Assembly (NCBI GenBank): GCA_951406725.2
Contig: OX597831.1
Coordinates: 67,580,001 to 67,644,000, forward strand
Direction: 5' to 3'
Length of the DNA: 64,000 nucleotides
From: Octopus vulgaris
Taxonomy: Eukaryota
Below, piece by piece: positions 11,416-23,765 of this stretch (position 1 is its first letter; the number at the start of each line of letters is the position of its first letter). The notes under the pieces were generated by a model. The model was not told the DNA's origin, ran no database searches, and worked only from the letters and a program-made list of their open reading frames with translations. The position numbers and the translations under genes were made by a program.

Positions 11416-14052
11416 CATTTTGCCTGACTGTTCGTGACGAGAGGCGAGCGAGAACGCAGGGTGGACTTGAATGCCTACCTGCACAGCTTGCCACGACTTC
11501 CGCAGAGTAATGCGAAGGTGCCATCACGGCGGCAGAAGTGCGGGACGCGATGGCAGAATGCTCGAAGGACAAATCGTCGGGTTTGGATGGTCTACACTAA
11601 GAGATTTACAGTTGTATGTTTGGAGACGTCTTGACAGCAGTGTACTGCAACTGGCAGCAAAACGTGAGCATCCCCGGTTTTATGAGCCGAGGAGCTGTAA
11701 AGCTGCTGAAGAAAGATCCAAACAAATGGGACATAAAGGATAACTTTAGGCCCGTCACTCTGTTCAATGCAGACTTGAAAATGTTGGCCAAGGTGTTAGC
11801 CAAGAGGTTGGTGCTTGTCATCGACAAACTGGTCGACAAAGCGCAAACGTGCGCTGTGCCGTTCCGGACCGTCTATGACAACCTCCATCTGATGCCCTAC
11901 ATCATAGACAGGGTAGTTAAGGAACCTAGCATGGGTGGTGCCCTGATCAATTTGGATCAATCGAAAGCTTTCGATAGGGTAGACCATCAATACTTGGAGG
12001 CTGTCCTCATAGCGGTTGGTTTCAGTCCCGTCTTCCGCGGCTGGATAGCTGCCTGGTACAGAGGCATCCGTTCGGTAATTCGCGTGAATAGACATTTATC
12101 GAGACCTTTCGACATTGCACGTTCGGTCCGTCAGGGATGCCCCCTCTTGTCGCTTCTGTACGTATTGACTCTCGAGCCACTACAACGGAAGCTGGCGACG
12201 CTGAGGGCGCATCCCGCGAGAATTGGTATGCGGGACGAGCGTGTCCGCATACGCGGACGACGTCACCGTCATTGTGTCTAGCCAGAAACACATCGAGCTG
12301 GTCGGCGAGATACTGAAAGACTACGAAGCGGTAACAGGAGCAAAAATCAACCGGGAAAAGTCAGCAGCATCTCCGTCGTGGGACGCTGGACCGACGGTCC
12401 GGTCGAGTTGCTCGGGGTCCGGTTCGGTCCAGATCTCCGTTTGGATGTCTGGACCGAACCGGACCCCGAGCAACTCGACCGGACCGTCGGTCCAGCGTTC
12501 CACGACGGAGATGCTGCTGACTTTTCCCGGTTGATTTTTGCTCCTGTTACCGCTTCGTAGTCTTTCAGTATCTCGCCGACCAGCTCGATGTGTTTCTGGA
12601 ACGAAAAAACGAAAAAACGAGTAGGGTGGTCACTCTCGTCCGGCAATAGGCCGAGAGGAAGCTGTCCCTAAAAGGTCGGGCGGAGGTGGCGAACACGTAC
12701 ATCGTGTCCGTCATCTACTATCGCCTGACCGTCGTGCCTTGTCCCGACCCTACCATCACCAAACTGGAACGCATTCTCTTCCGCTTCATGTGGGAAGGAT
12801 GCGTTCCGATGGTCAGGTGATCCATTTGCTGCCAACACCCGTTAAAAGGAGGGTTGGGTATGCGGTGGTTGATGATGCGCAGACACGCGCCGAGACTGCG
12901 ACATCTCCGGCTCTACGTAGACAACGGTGAACATATGTGGTCACCGTTTGTGAGGCGCGCTTTCCTGCAGCTCGTCTCCATGATCGAACTGCAGTCGTGG
13001 ATCAAAAACAGGCCGAGAAAGGGCGAATGACACTGCCAGTGTCGCGTTGTTCTCGAGCAACTATGTCGTCCCGGGTCGACCATGAGCGATTGCAACACAA
13101 CCAAAGCATTCTATAGGGGATTAGTGGAGGGGAGGTACGACGACGATCTCGGTGCGAACCTGGGCGTCGACGAAGAATACCTGACTCGCCTGTTCAAGAC
13201 GACTTTCGGGCCGGGACCTATGGACAACTTCCAAAGATCTCTCGCCTGGCAGTGCTATCGAGAAGCGCTACCCGTTCGGGATAAGCTCTACAAGCATGGC
13301 TCGAGAAACACGGGGTTAACCTTCCCGAGATGCGGTCAGAACGACGAAACCGTTCTGCACGCACTCGTACAATGTCCAACCATTTCCGATCTGTGGGCCT
13401 ATGTCGAACGGCTGCTATCGCGCCTGGGATGAATCAGTTTATCAACCGAGTCTATCGTGAATATTGTCGTGCCTCTTTCCTTGAAACGAGAATGAAGAGC
13501 CATTTTTATCGTACTTGTGGCTATGGTGAAAGAATGTGTATGGTGGACGCGTCTGAAAGGTCTAGAGACAAACACTTTCCTCTCTGGTCAATCTCTCATC
13601 AGCTTCTTCAAGTGTCACTTGAAGAGGAAGGTGTGATTAGAGAGGGAAGTTTTGTCTAGTGAATGTTTCAAAAAAAGATGGGTGAATGTAGCAAGGATGG
13701 CACATGTGAATGACGGAGCCAGCTTGAGCATAATCCTATGAACCTAAAAAAAAAGAAAGGAGAAAAGAGAGTTACTTACTGTAATGTGTTTTTTGCATGA
13801 CATTATTGCCCAAGGTTACCGTGGTATTTTCCGTAGGCTTTTCTTTCCACGGATAAAAATAATCTATTTCCCCTTTTACATTATGACATTTCTGTGATAC
13901 ACGATCCTTATTGATCGCCTTCTTTTTCTTTCTTTCACGATCCCTTTTGATCGAATTTCTACTACCCCTTTTTTTCTTTCCTTCCCCAAAAGAAAAGCTC
14001 TACTTCGTATTTTGTCCCCTCTGTGTTCAGCCCTGTGTGGCCAATAAAGAAG
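11296..14052 (+). mobile_element. Older 5'-truncated Tx1/L1 LINE: decayed RT, zf-RVT region and 3' tail
   Basis: NFRPVTLFNADLK, LDQSKAFDRVDH, SVRQGCPL, AYADDV and ETVLHALVQC motifs, colinear with ORF2 at 37021. Ends ccctgtgtggccaataaagaa before (TCTG)/(TCTA)n. Confidence 0.92.
12282..12599. repeat. Near-perfect palindrome with 152-bp arms and a 14-nt spacer inside the old Tx1 RT
   Basis: 12282-12433 vs 12448-12599; one mismatch seen. Confidence 0.95.
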
Positions 14053-14055
14053 CAT

Positions 14056-14157
14056 TATCTATCTGTCTGTCTGTCTGTCTTGTCTAATCTGTCTTGTCTT
14101 GTCTAATCTGTCTGTCTGTCTGTCTGTCTCTCTAATCTTATCTGTCTATGTCTAATC

Positions 14158-14195
<38 letters not shown>

Positions 14196-14225
14196 ATCTA
14201 TCTATCTACCTACCTATCTGTCTAT

Positions 14226-14320
<95 letters not shown>

Positions 14321-14333
14321 ATCTTATCTATCT
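14056..14333. repeat. Compound (TCTG)/(TC)/(TCTA)n microsatellite
   Basis: Directly visible. Confidence 0.9.
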
Positions 14334-14716
14334 TTAGATTTACATCATGTATTTGGCAGTTATTTTATAGGTTTTTTGCGTGAGTGCGAATGTACTTGCT
14401 CTCACGTATCTTTAGTATACGAATGGGTGAGTGATTGCTTTCTATGTATATATATATGTATTTGTATACGTGATGATGATGATATATTATTCACACACAC
14501 ACACACACACCTTCAAGAAGACTCTCATGAAGGAATCGTTTAAACATCTTTCACATCTTCTCTGAAGCACTAAATTATTGGAATTGGAATATGTTATTCT
14601 GCTCGATTCTATCCTTCGGACAAAACTCTAGAATATCCAGGTTTTTATATAAATATCCTGTTATATTAGACCATTATACATATCTTATAATACTTAGATG
14701 GAAATTTGTAAGTAGG

Positions 14717-15160
14717 GGATCTTTTCGGTTTGAACGGCAGTGTTTAAAAATAATTTCCACGTAAGTAAACAATTTTAAACTTCGTATACTGGTAGTATGT
14801 GTTTATAAAACATCTTTTTCTCTTGGCTTTATTGAGAAAATTGTATAGTTTGTAAGATATTTGTTGTTTTTTTCCTTTAATTTCTGCAATTTCAACCAAT
14901 CAGTGACGTCTATTGAAGTAAACAACATTCTGTGCCGTATGAATATGTCCCTCGTTTAAAAAAACAGATTGGGTTTATTTACATTTGTGAAGAAAAAAAG
15001 ATACCATTCCTCCACCCCTAACCCTAATTAACCCTAACCCTAACTAACCCTAACCCTAAAACAGATTGAAATGCAACAGATCGATACTGGGGTCATAATT
15101 ATGGGTGACAATTTCATATGACACCGCTAGAAAAAACTGCCGTTCAAACCGAAAAGATCC
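14717..15160. mobile_element. TTAGGG-containing MITE copy 4
   Basis: Same TIRs; TSD taagtagg/taggtagg. Confidence 0.95.
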
Positions 15161-15586
15161 TAGGTAGGTTACAAGAGCCATATACTTTCAGTTTTTGTAC
15201 ACATTTAGACAAGACATTCGCATCTGCTGTGTAGATGATCCATACAATAAATCCTGTTCATTATTTTCTATTTCTGATTACAATGTTATGTTTTATTTGA
15301 ACCAGATTGAAGTTCGTACTAAGGTTTTCTGCCAGAATTCCTTATTTTTTAAATTATAGATAAATTCAGGTTTGTTGCGCCATTAGATTGCTAACAATTT
15401 TCTGTCTCATAGGAAAGTACTGTCTTGTGGCTCTTTTGCGAGGCCTGCTGCTGATGTGTGTAATAACTTCCAAACTGATATGGCATAGTCGAAATTTAGT
15501 ATCACACACACAAACACACACACACACACTACACACGCACGCGCACACACACACACTACACACGCGCGCACACACACACACACACT

Positions 15587-15620
<34 letters not shown>

Positions 15621-15705
15621 GAACGCAAACACACACAAACACACATATCTACATCTATCTATCTAGTTCAAATTTACAGAAAACAAAAGGAACAACAAAC
15701 AGGTG

Positions 15706-16123
15706 GGATCTTTTCGGTTTGAACGGCAGTTTTCTCTAGCGGTGTCATATGAAATTGTCACCCATAATTATGACCCTAGTATCGATCTATTGCATTTCAA
15801 TCTGTTTTAGGGTTAGGGTTAGGGGTGGGGGGAAAGGTATCTTATTTTCTTCACAAATGTAAATAAACCCAATCTGTTTCTTAAACGAGGGACATATTCA
15901 TACGGCACAGAATGTTTTTTTTATCTCAATAGACGTCATTGATTGGTTGAAATTGCAGAAATTGAAGAAAAAAACAGCAAATATCTTACAAACTATAGAA
16001 TTTTCTCAATAAAGCCAAGAGAAAAAGATGTTTTATAAACACATTCTACCAGTATACGAAGTTTAAAATTTTTTAGTTACCTAGAAATTATGTTAAAAAC
16101 TACCGTTCAAACCAAAATGATCC
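15706..16123. mobile_element. TTAGGG-containing MITE copy 5
   Basis: Same TIRs; TSD aacaggtg/aacgggtg; inserted in a PLE-type repeat. Confidence 0.95.
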
Positions 16124-16323
16124 AACGGGTGTATTAGTTTAACACCCGAGAAAAATGGAAAAGTCTTTTAGTTTCGAGCTTACTCTCTTCGACAGAGAAC
16201 GAGTTTTAGCATCCATTTGTTACTTATTTCAATTACTTAACTAGTCTAGCAGTTGTGGTTTGGTAAGAAAGTTCAAAAGGGATCAAGCATCATCATCGTC
16301 GTTATTGTATTTATTATTATTAA

Positions 16324-16520
16324 GGCAGCAAGGTGGCAGAATCATTAGAGCGCCGGAGAAATTTTTCAGTAGTATTTCTTCCAGCTCTTTACGTTCTAAG
16401 TTCAAATACCACTTACATCAACTTTCGATCGACAAAATTAAGTACTAGTCATGTACCAGAGTCGATGTAATCGACTAACTTTACCGTACCCTAAAATTGT
16501 CTTATGCCACCATTTGAAAG
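16324..16520 (+). mobile_element. SINE family B, degenerate copy
   Basis: Colinear with 21197-21420, many substitutions. Confidence 0.6.
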
Positions 16521-16569
16521 CATCAACAGCAGTGGTACCATTTGCATTTCCCTATCATCATCATCGTAT

Positions 16570-16792
16570 TACTCTTTACTCTTTTACTTGTTTCAGTCAT
16601 TTGACTGCGGCCATGCTGGAGCACCGCCTTTAGTCGAGCAAATCGACCCCGGGACTTATTCTTTGTAAGCCCAGTACTTATTCTATCGGTCTCTTTTGCC
16701 GAACCGCTAAGTGACGGGGACGTAAACACACCAGCATCGGTTGTCAAGCAATGCTAGGGGGACAAACACAGACACACAAACATACACGCGCG

Positions 16793-16836
<44 letters not shown>

Positions 16837-16997
16837 CGACAGGCTTCTTTCAGTTTCCGTCTACCAAATCCACTCACAAGGCATTGGTCGGCCCGAGGCT
16901 ATAGCAGAAGACACTTACCCAAGGTGCCATGCAGTGGGACTGAACCCGGAACCATGTGGCTGGTAAGCAAGCTACTTACCACACAGCCACTCCTGCG
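16570..16997 (-). mobile_element. tRNA-derived SINE family A (head gcaggagtggctgtgtggtaag; CR1-type tail)
   Basis: A/B-box-like head, internal (TA)/(TG) tract, several near-identical copies in the window. Confidence 0.9.
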
Positions 16998-17467
16998 TAT
17001 TGTGTGTTTGCTTGTACAAATCAAGGTGCAGTATATGAACCTAACGATCAGTATCAGTTTTGAAACGAATTCTAATTTGCTTGTATTTCAGTATTTAATC
17101 TTTTCTACTTAGCATATGTTTGTTGTCGCATATCTGTTTGATCTAAGTCAAAAACAAACAAGCACCTACAAGGCCATACGTAATATTGCTTTCGAAGTTT
17201 TGCACAAGGCCAGCAGTTTTTTAACCCCAGTACTTGACTGGTACTTATTTTATCGACCTCGGAAGGATGAAAGGCAAAGTCGATCTTAATGGTACCTCAA
17301 CATTCTTTTGATATACATTTTGATCAATACTATTATCTATGGCTTAATCCCATTCTTAAGCCATAGATAAATCAACAAAAATTGTTTAGCAGAGTATTAT
17401 TGGCACATCAACATTCTTTTGATATACATTTTGATCAATATTTTCTGTTTTAATATTTTACTTAAGA

Positions 17468-17650
17468 AGGCGGTGAGCTAGTAGAATCGTTACCGCTTAG
17501 CGGCATTTCTTCCGATTTTATGTTCTGAGTTCAAATGCCGCCGTGGTCGACTTTGCCTTTCATCCTCCCGGAGTCGATGAACACTGGGATCGATGTAATC
17601 AACTAATCTCTCGCTGAAATTGCTGGTCTTGCGTCAAATCTGAAATCAAT
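17468..17650 (+). mobile_element. SINE family B copy (a further minus-strand fragment lies at ~17190-17290)
   Basis: ggcggtgagct..gagttcaaat..gactttgcctttcatcct. Confidence 0.75.
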
Positions 17651-17700
17651 ATTTTACATAAGAAGTATGGATATGTAAATAAATTTGTATTTATGTGACA

Positions 17701-17900
17701 CTAGCTGAAGGTGACCCGCTCTACGCACGGGTAAGACTGTAGTTGTTACTTTCTGTTGCTTCCTTTCTGTTTTTTATCACCACATTCTCCCTCTTTGTTT
17801 CTCTCTCCTTTATCTCTCACTCTCCCACTCTCTTACTCTTCCTTTCTCTCGGAATCTTCCTCGCTTTCTCTTACTATCTATCTTTCTCTATCTATCTCTT
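17701..17900 (-). mobile_element. 3' end of a non-autonomous Helitron (same family as 51010-52011)
   Basis: Hairpin acccgtgcgtagagcgggt followed by CTAG|T on the minus strand; matches 51850-52011. Confidence 0.75.
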
Positions 17901-18374
17901 AGAGAATGAGAGAAGACTTGTCAAAGTGTGCGTTTTTTGCCCTAGTAACCACACCTTTTAAGATAGGAATTTCTAACTTTTCGCATTTCAGATTTATAGA
18001 TATTGATTTCAAATTTACTAGTAAGTGATAGCTGTGTTTTTGTCATATTTTAAATATATGTAAATGTACGTTATTTAAATGAAAGAGATACTGAGCTTGG
18101 GAAATGGGGAGTCAGATTTGCCAAGAACATACCAACACATAATCACACTCACCATTTATAAGAAATGCAATATTCGAGACTGTCCCCCCACCCGCAGTAT
18201 TCATTCAAGCGAGCTTTAGCTAGTTCACGTATATTTTGTTAGTTAGTCATCAATATTATATTCATCTTTGGACTTTCTCTTCAAACAAGTATTGATAAGT
18301 ACAACTAGTGGTTCATTGCCGCCTCAAACACTGTATGTAGCTACTCGTTGACATACATATATGTAGATATTTGT

Positions 18375-18928
18375 GGTGGCTGCCCCCTCGTTATCGAGTA
18401 TGGCCAATGCACGAAGCTTAATCAATGTTGTTATCGTGCAATGCCTGTGCAAGAAGATTTTTTTTAAGTGAGGATAGGCTGTGCACTGTGTCAATCCCAC
18501 TCACTAAGCAACAGCAGCCATAATCCGAAAAGAAGAACAAGTCAACATTATCGGTAACCACTGAGCCGCAGGTTTTATGTCGGAGTTATCCCAGTTACCT
18601 GAGTTACCTTCTCCTAGAAGGATGCCCTAACAAAGGCTAGGAGTCCTTCACTCCCAATGGCTTAATCGTGCGATCGGGTATTCAGTCCGATTATTTCTAT
18701 GTCCCCGCGCATGATACAGCCTTAAGACATTTATTGGATGGCCGTTGACTCTCAAGAGTTCCTCCGCCCTTTGACGAGTTTGTTTTTCATCCTGCAGGGT
18801 GTCTAATAAACACCCTCCTCACCAAGCAAGCTCGGTGGGGTTGCCGGTTTAGTCGCCGACGACCCGACCGTGCAACAGGTTGTACTGGGTTACATGTTAC
18901 CAGTAGCACTCGAAAGTGACCTGACATA
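18375..18928 (-). mobile_element. Non-autonomous RTE derivative (non-coding body plus RTE 3' tail)
   Basis: 12-bp TSD gtagatatttgt (18363-18374 and 18929-18940). The last ~45 bp match the RTE 3' end at 34130-34174 with one mismatch. Confidence 0.85.
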
Positions 18929-19051
18929 GTAGATATTTGTACATACATACATACACACAAACTCTCTCTCTCACACGCGCAAATATGTATAGACACATAC
19001 ATATACACTTCTATAAGATTACTTTTCTCTGATTCTCTAATTCCCCTTCGA

Positions 19052-19666
19052 TAACCCTTTCTATTGTAGGCACAAGGCCTGAAATTTGGAGGAGGAGGAT
19101 AGTCCATTACATCGGCCCCAGTACTCAACTGATACTTAATTTATCGACCCCGAAAGGATGAAAAGCAAAGGTGACCTCGGTGAAATTTGAACTCAGGACG
19201 CTAAGCATTTCGCCCGGCTTGCTAACAATTCCTCCAGCGGATCTTTTCGGTTTGAACAGCAGTTTTTTCTAGCGGTGTCATATGAAATTGTCACCCATAA
19301 TTATGACCTTAGTATCGATCTATTGCATTTCAATCTGTTTTAGGGTTAGGGTTAGTTAGGGTTAGGGTATCTTTTTTTCTTCACAAATGTAAATAAACCC
19401 AATCTGTTTCTTAAACGAGGGACATATTCATACGGCACAGAATGTTGTTTACTTCAATGGACGTCAGTGATTGGTTGAAATTGCAGAAATTGAAGAAAAA
19501 AAACCCAAATATCTTACAAACTATAGAATTATCTCAATAAAGCCAAGAGAAAAAGATGTTTTATAAACACATTCTACCAGTATAACGAAGTTTAAAGTTT
19601 TTTAGTTACCTAGAAATGTTAAAAACTGCCGTTCAAACCGAAAAGATCCCCTCCAGCTCACCGCCT
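19052..19666 (-). mobile_element. SINE family B, alternative-tail copy, split by MITE copy 6
   Basis: Head at 19650-19666, body at 19052-19238, tail aggccttgtgcctacaatagaaagg. Confidence 0.85.
19239..19649. mobile_element. TTAGGG-containing MITE copy 6
   Basis: Same TIRs; TSD cctccagc; inserted in a SINE head. Confidence 0.95.
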
Positions 19667-20216
19667 CAAAAACTCTCTGAAAATGCACTGATATAATACA
19701 GGGAATAAATTATAATGTAGTCATATAATTTTCAAGAAAAGAGAACGAATATATTAAAACAAAATTCTCTTGCTGAAAATTTATTTGAAGGAAAGTATAA
19801 ATGAAACAAAAAGAGAAAAAAATCGTAATCAAAATCTTGAAAATCGTCACGCATTTGGTTTTGATTTCATTTATGTGAGTTTTATGTTTTCTAGACATAA
19901 AAAAGTTTTAAATAGAATTTCTGTTATTTCATTGCCTGTTTCTACCGTACAGTATTTGGTAGGGAAGGTTAATAAATCAACCACTCCTCTTAACCGTTTT
20001 CAAGACTGTGGTGAAGACCATAGATGAGCTATTTCTTCAGTACTTTATTTCCGTAGAACATGTCAGTAGTTGATTATTTGATGATCAAACAACTGCTGGT
20101 GAGTGTTCAAGCAGAGATACTTCTTGAAAAAGAGCCTTAGACAAAAATCCAGAACCCAGAACAACTTGAAATATCTCAACCAGTGTCATAAGCATAATTG
20201 ATATTATTGTCAATTA

Positions 20217-20656
20217 GGATCTTTTCGGTTTGAACGGCAATGTTTTCTAGCGGTGTCATATGAAATTGTCACCCATAATTATGACCCTAGTATCGATCAA
20301 TTGCATTTCAATCTGTTTTAGAGTTAGGGTCAGTTAGGGTTAGGGTTAGGGTTAGGGGTGGGGGGAAGGGTATCTTTTTTTCTGCACAAATGTAAATAAA
20401 TCTAATCTGTTTCTTAAACGAGGGACATATTCATACGGCACAGAACGTTATTTACATCAATAGACGTCAGTGATTGGTTGAAATTGCAGAAATTGAAGAA
20501 AAAAAACAACAAATATCTTACAAACTATAGAATTTTCTCAATAAAGGCAAGAGAAAAAGATGTTTTATAAACACATTCTACCAGTATACGAAGTTTAAAA
20601 TTTTTTTAGTTACCTAGAAATTATGTTAAAAGCTGCCGTTCAGACCGAAAAGACCC
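20217..20656. mobile_element. TTAGGG-containing MITE copy 7
   Basis: Same TIRs; TSD gtcaatta. Confidence 0.95.
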
Positions 20657-21196
20657 GTCAATTATTTGAATGTAATCTTTTAATCAGTTCAACCTTGGTA
20701 TATTTTGGTATTTTCAGCAACGATAATTTGGAGGAATGACAGGAATTGCAAAGCTTCATTCAAAATACATTGCGTTGTTTAATTTCGTTCTTTTACATTC
20801 TTTTCCTTTCAGTGATGTAAAATAAAATAACTCAGGTACTGGTTCAATCTCATCGCATTTATTCGCTTCCAAAATTTTCTTTCTTGTGTCTATACCTGAA
20901 AATCATCATAGCAAAGCGAAACGGTGCCAGAAATGGTAAAGCACAAAATCAATTGGTCACATAAATTTTAGAAGTATCAATGTACGTGCTGCGTTAAGCT
21001 TTCACTATGACTGACTTTCAAAGTTCCAGGTTTTGTAAAATAACTGAGTGCTGTGGTCAGTTCAATCGACTGTACCTAGGCTACAAAGTTTGATTTTGTT
21101 ATAATGATCAGCTTTAGCAGGGTAAATCCATAGAAAACTCGAAGAGGAAATGGCGTGGTCAATGGTATGCATGATGGTGTGCTCTGTTGCTACCAA

Positions 21197-21420
21197 AGCT
21201 GGCAGAAACGTTAGCGCGCCGGGCGAAATGCTTAACGGTATTTCGTCTACCGTTACGTTCTGAGTTCAAATTCCGCCGAGGTCGACTTTGCCTTTCATCC
21301 TTTCGGGGTCGATAAATTAAGTACCAGTTACGCACTGGGGTCGATATAATCGACTTAATCCGTTTGTCTGTCCTTGTTTGTCCCCTCTGTGTTTAGCCCC
21401 TTGTGGGTAGTAAAGAAACA
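21197..21420 (+). mobile_element. SINE family B (tRNA-like head, Meta-like central domain, Tx1-like tail)
   Basis: B box gagttcaaattcc. The segment gcctttcatcctttcggggtcgataaattaagtacc resembles the MetaSINE domain (from recall). Tail tttgtcccctctgtgtttagccccttgtgggtagtaaagaaa. Confidence 0.9.
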
Positions 21421-21618
21421 GGTATGCTCTGTTGCTATTCTTCAACATCAACAAATGAACAGAAAATAAGCGATGATGTTGATCATGTAGCGACAAATGA
21501 CAAGGCTTAAATATTATGAATTGCAAATTTTAGACTTCTTGATGTAAAACAAGGATTCTTCTAATATGGGAGTTTCAATGATTTGTTTGAGATAGAGTAC
21601 ATTCCATTGCAGCACTAA

Positions 21619-21910
21619 GTGGAGACACATGGCCTGGTGGTTAGAGCAGCGGGCTTGCGGTCGAGGGATCGCCGGTTCGAATCTCAGACCGGGCGATGTG
21701 TGTGTTTATGAGTGAAACACCTAAGCTCCCCGCGGCTCTGGCAGAAGGTAATGGCGAAATTCTGCTGACTCTTTCGCCACAACTTTCTCTCACTCTTTCC
21801 TCCTGCATCTTGCAGCTTATCGGCGTCCCGTCCAGGTGAGGAACCTATACGCCAAGAAACCGGGAAACCGGCCCTTATGAGCCAGGCGTGGCTCGCGAAG
21901 GAACAAACAA
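21619..21910 (+). mobile_element. tRNA(Arg)-like SINE family C
   Basis: A box tggcctggtgg, B box ggttcgaatc, TSD cattgcagcact; second copy at 27341-27647. Confidence 0.9.
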
Positions 21911-22302
21911 CATTGCAGCACTGACATTGTAATCAACTCTCCATAAATGTTTCTACAGCCACCATCATCACTTTTATACAAAACTACATCGAATACTTTA
22001 GTCCAACTATTGATATTTAATATAACCATAAATTCCAGCATCATCATGGGCATTATAAGCAGATCATAAAATTTTAATTCATGAGCATACTGGAAACCTT
22101 TAGAACGTTGATAATGATGAAGATGATTATGGTCATCATCATTATTATCAGGAAAAGAGGAAAAAGTTTCAATTGAGTAGGAGGAGAAGAAGGGACAAAA
22201 GATCCTCCTCTTCATCATCATCACTATCATCAGCAGCATTATTAATAAATAACTGTTTGCACATGTGTATGTGTTTATGCATCTGTGTGCAAGTGTGTGT
22301 GC

Positions 22303-22355
<53 letters not shown>

Positions 22356-22649
22356 GATCAACCATTTCCTTGCTTAGATACATGTGTCACTGTTGATTCA
22401 TATGTGTAGGTCATTATGAAAACTACACATATCAATAATTGTATGTAAACAGACAGGCTTACTTGCACATGCACATTGTCATCTATATGTAAGTAAAAGT
22501 CGATACTGTGAGGCTTGTATAATTGTATTTCTCTATGTATATATATTTATGCACAAGTATGTACATAGGCCTGCTTTTGAATTCTAGTGTGTATTGCGGA
22601 TGTATGTGTGTGTGTGCATGTCATCTATGTTCAAAGATATGCATGCGCA

Positions 22650-22786
22650 TACTTGTGCAGCAAGAAGCTTCTCAACCGGGTTCAGTCTCACTGCGTTGCT
22701 CCATGGGAAAGTGTCTTCAACTATAGCTTCGGGTCAACCAAAGCCTTGTGAGTGGATTTGATTGACAAAGACTGAAAGAGCCCGTC

Positions 22787-22790
<4 letters not shown>
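22650..22790 (+). mobile_element. SINE family A, degenerate 5' fragment
   Basis: ccgggttcagtctcactgcg..aagccttgtgagtggatttg..gaaagagcccgtcg. Confidence 0.7.
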
Positions 22791-22827
<37 letters not shown>

Positions 22828-22962
22828 TGGATGTGTGTATTTTTCCCTTGTTTACTGCACCCCCTATACAAGCCTCACAGTATCGACTTTTACTTACATA
22901 TAGATGACAATGTGCATGTGCAAGTAAGCCTGTCTGTTTACATACAATTATTGATATGTGAT

Positions 22963-23129
22963 CATTTCCACAATTCTCAACTGATTTTCACCAAACTTTA
23001 CACACATATTATTTAAGTCCCAAGGATGGGCATGCACTATAACATTTTCCCCAGAGCTTCTGCGTAAATGGACGTAAATGTAGTCTTTCATATTTTTTAA
23101 TCTTTTTATAAAAGTGAAAGGATTTTGTC

Positions 23130-23166
<37 letters not shown>

Positions 23167-23176
23167 TACATATATA

Positions 23177-23211
<35 letters not shown>

Positions 23212-23378
23212 GACAAAATCCTTTCACTTTTATAAAAAGATTAAAAAATATGAAAGACTACATTTACGTCCATTTACGCAGAAGCTCTGGGGAAAATGTT
23301 ATAGTGCATGCCCATCCTTGGGACTTAAGTAATATGTGTGTAAAGTTTGGTGAAAATCAGTTGAGAATTGTGGAAATG
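22963..23378. repeat. Near-perfect ~200-bp-arm palindrome centred in a (TA)n tract
   Basis: 22963-~23165 vs ~23176-23378; near-identical ORFs are called on both strands. Confidence 0.95.
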
Positions 23379-23444
23379 TATGTGTTAGTTATTATACACA
23401 CATATACTGTGATTTATATATACTATATATACATATATATATAT

Positions 23445-23765
23445 GATATCGAGACCAACATCGTGCAAGGATGAAGGCACGCTGGCAAATCGTTGCTCCT
23501 CTAAATGGAAACCTTATTTGTCATTGTGGTTTTGTGGTACAAAGCAAAGCAGGCCTTGCCGTCCACTAAAACACCCCCCCAAAAAACACACATAGTAAAT
23601 GTTCCGTAAGCACTCAAACAAACTGAGTCCCCAACTTGTTCCATTTGCCAAAAGGTTTGCAAGGCACCAGCAGGTCTCGAGAGACACATTCGTGTTCATA
23701 GAACATAATTAACGATTTATTTTACTGAACCCTCATTTGTCGTTCTCAACAAGAGAATCCCTCAT
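23445..23765 (+). mobile_element. RTE LINE 3' fragment with two C2H2-like fingers
   Basis: ICHCGFVVQSKAGLAVH and TCSICQKVCKAPAGLERHIRVH, followed by a short 3'UTR. Confidence 0.6.

Noticed and set aside
21619-21700. tRNA-Arg-like sequence (also 27570-27647)
   Set aside because: It is a SINE head, followed by a SINE body and enclosed by TSDs.
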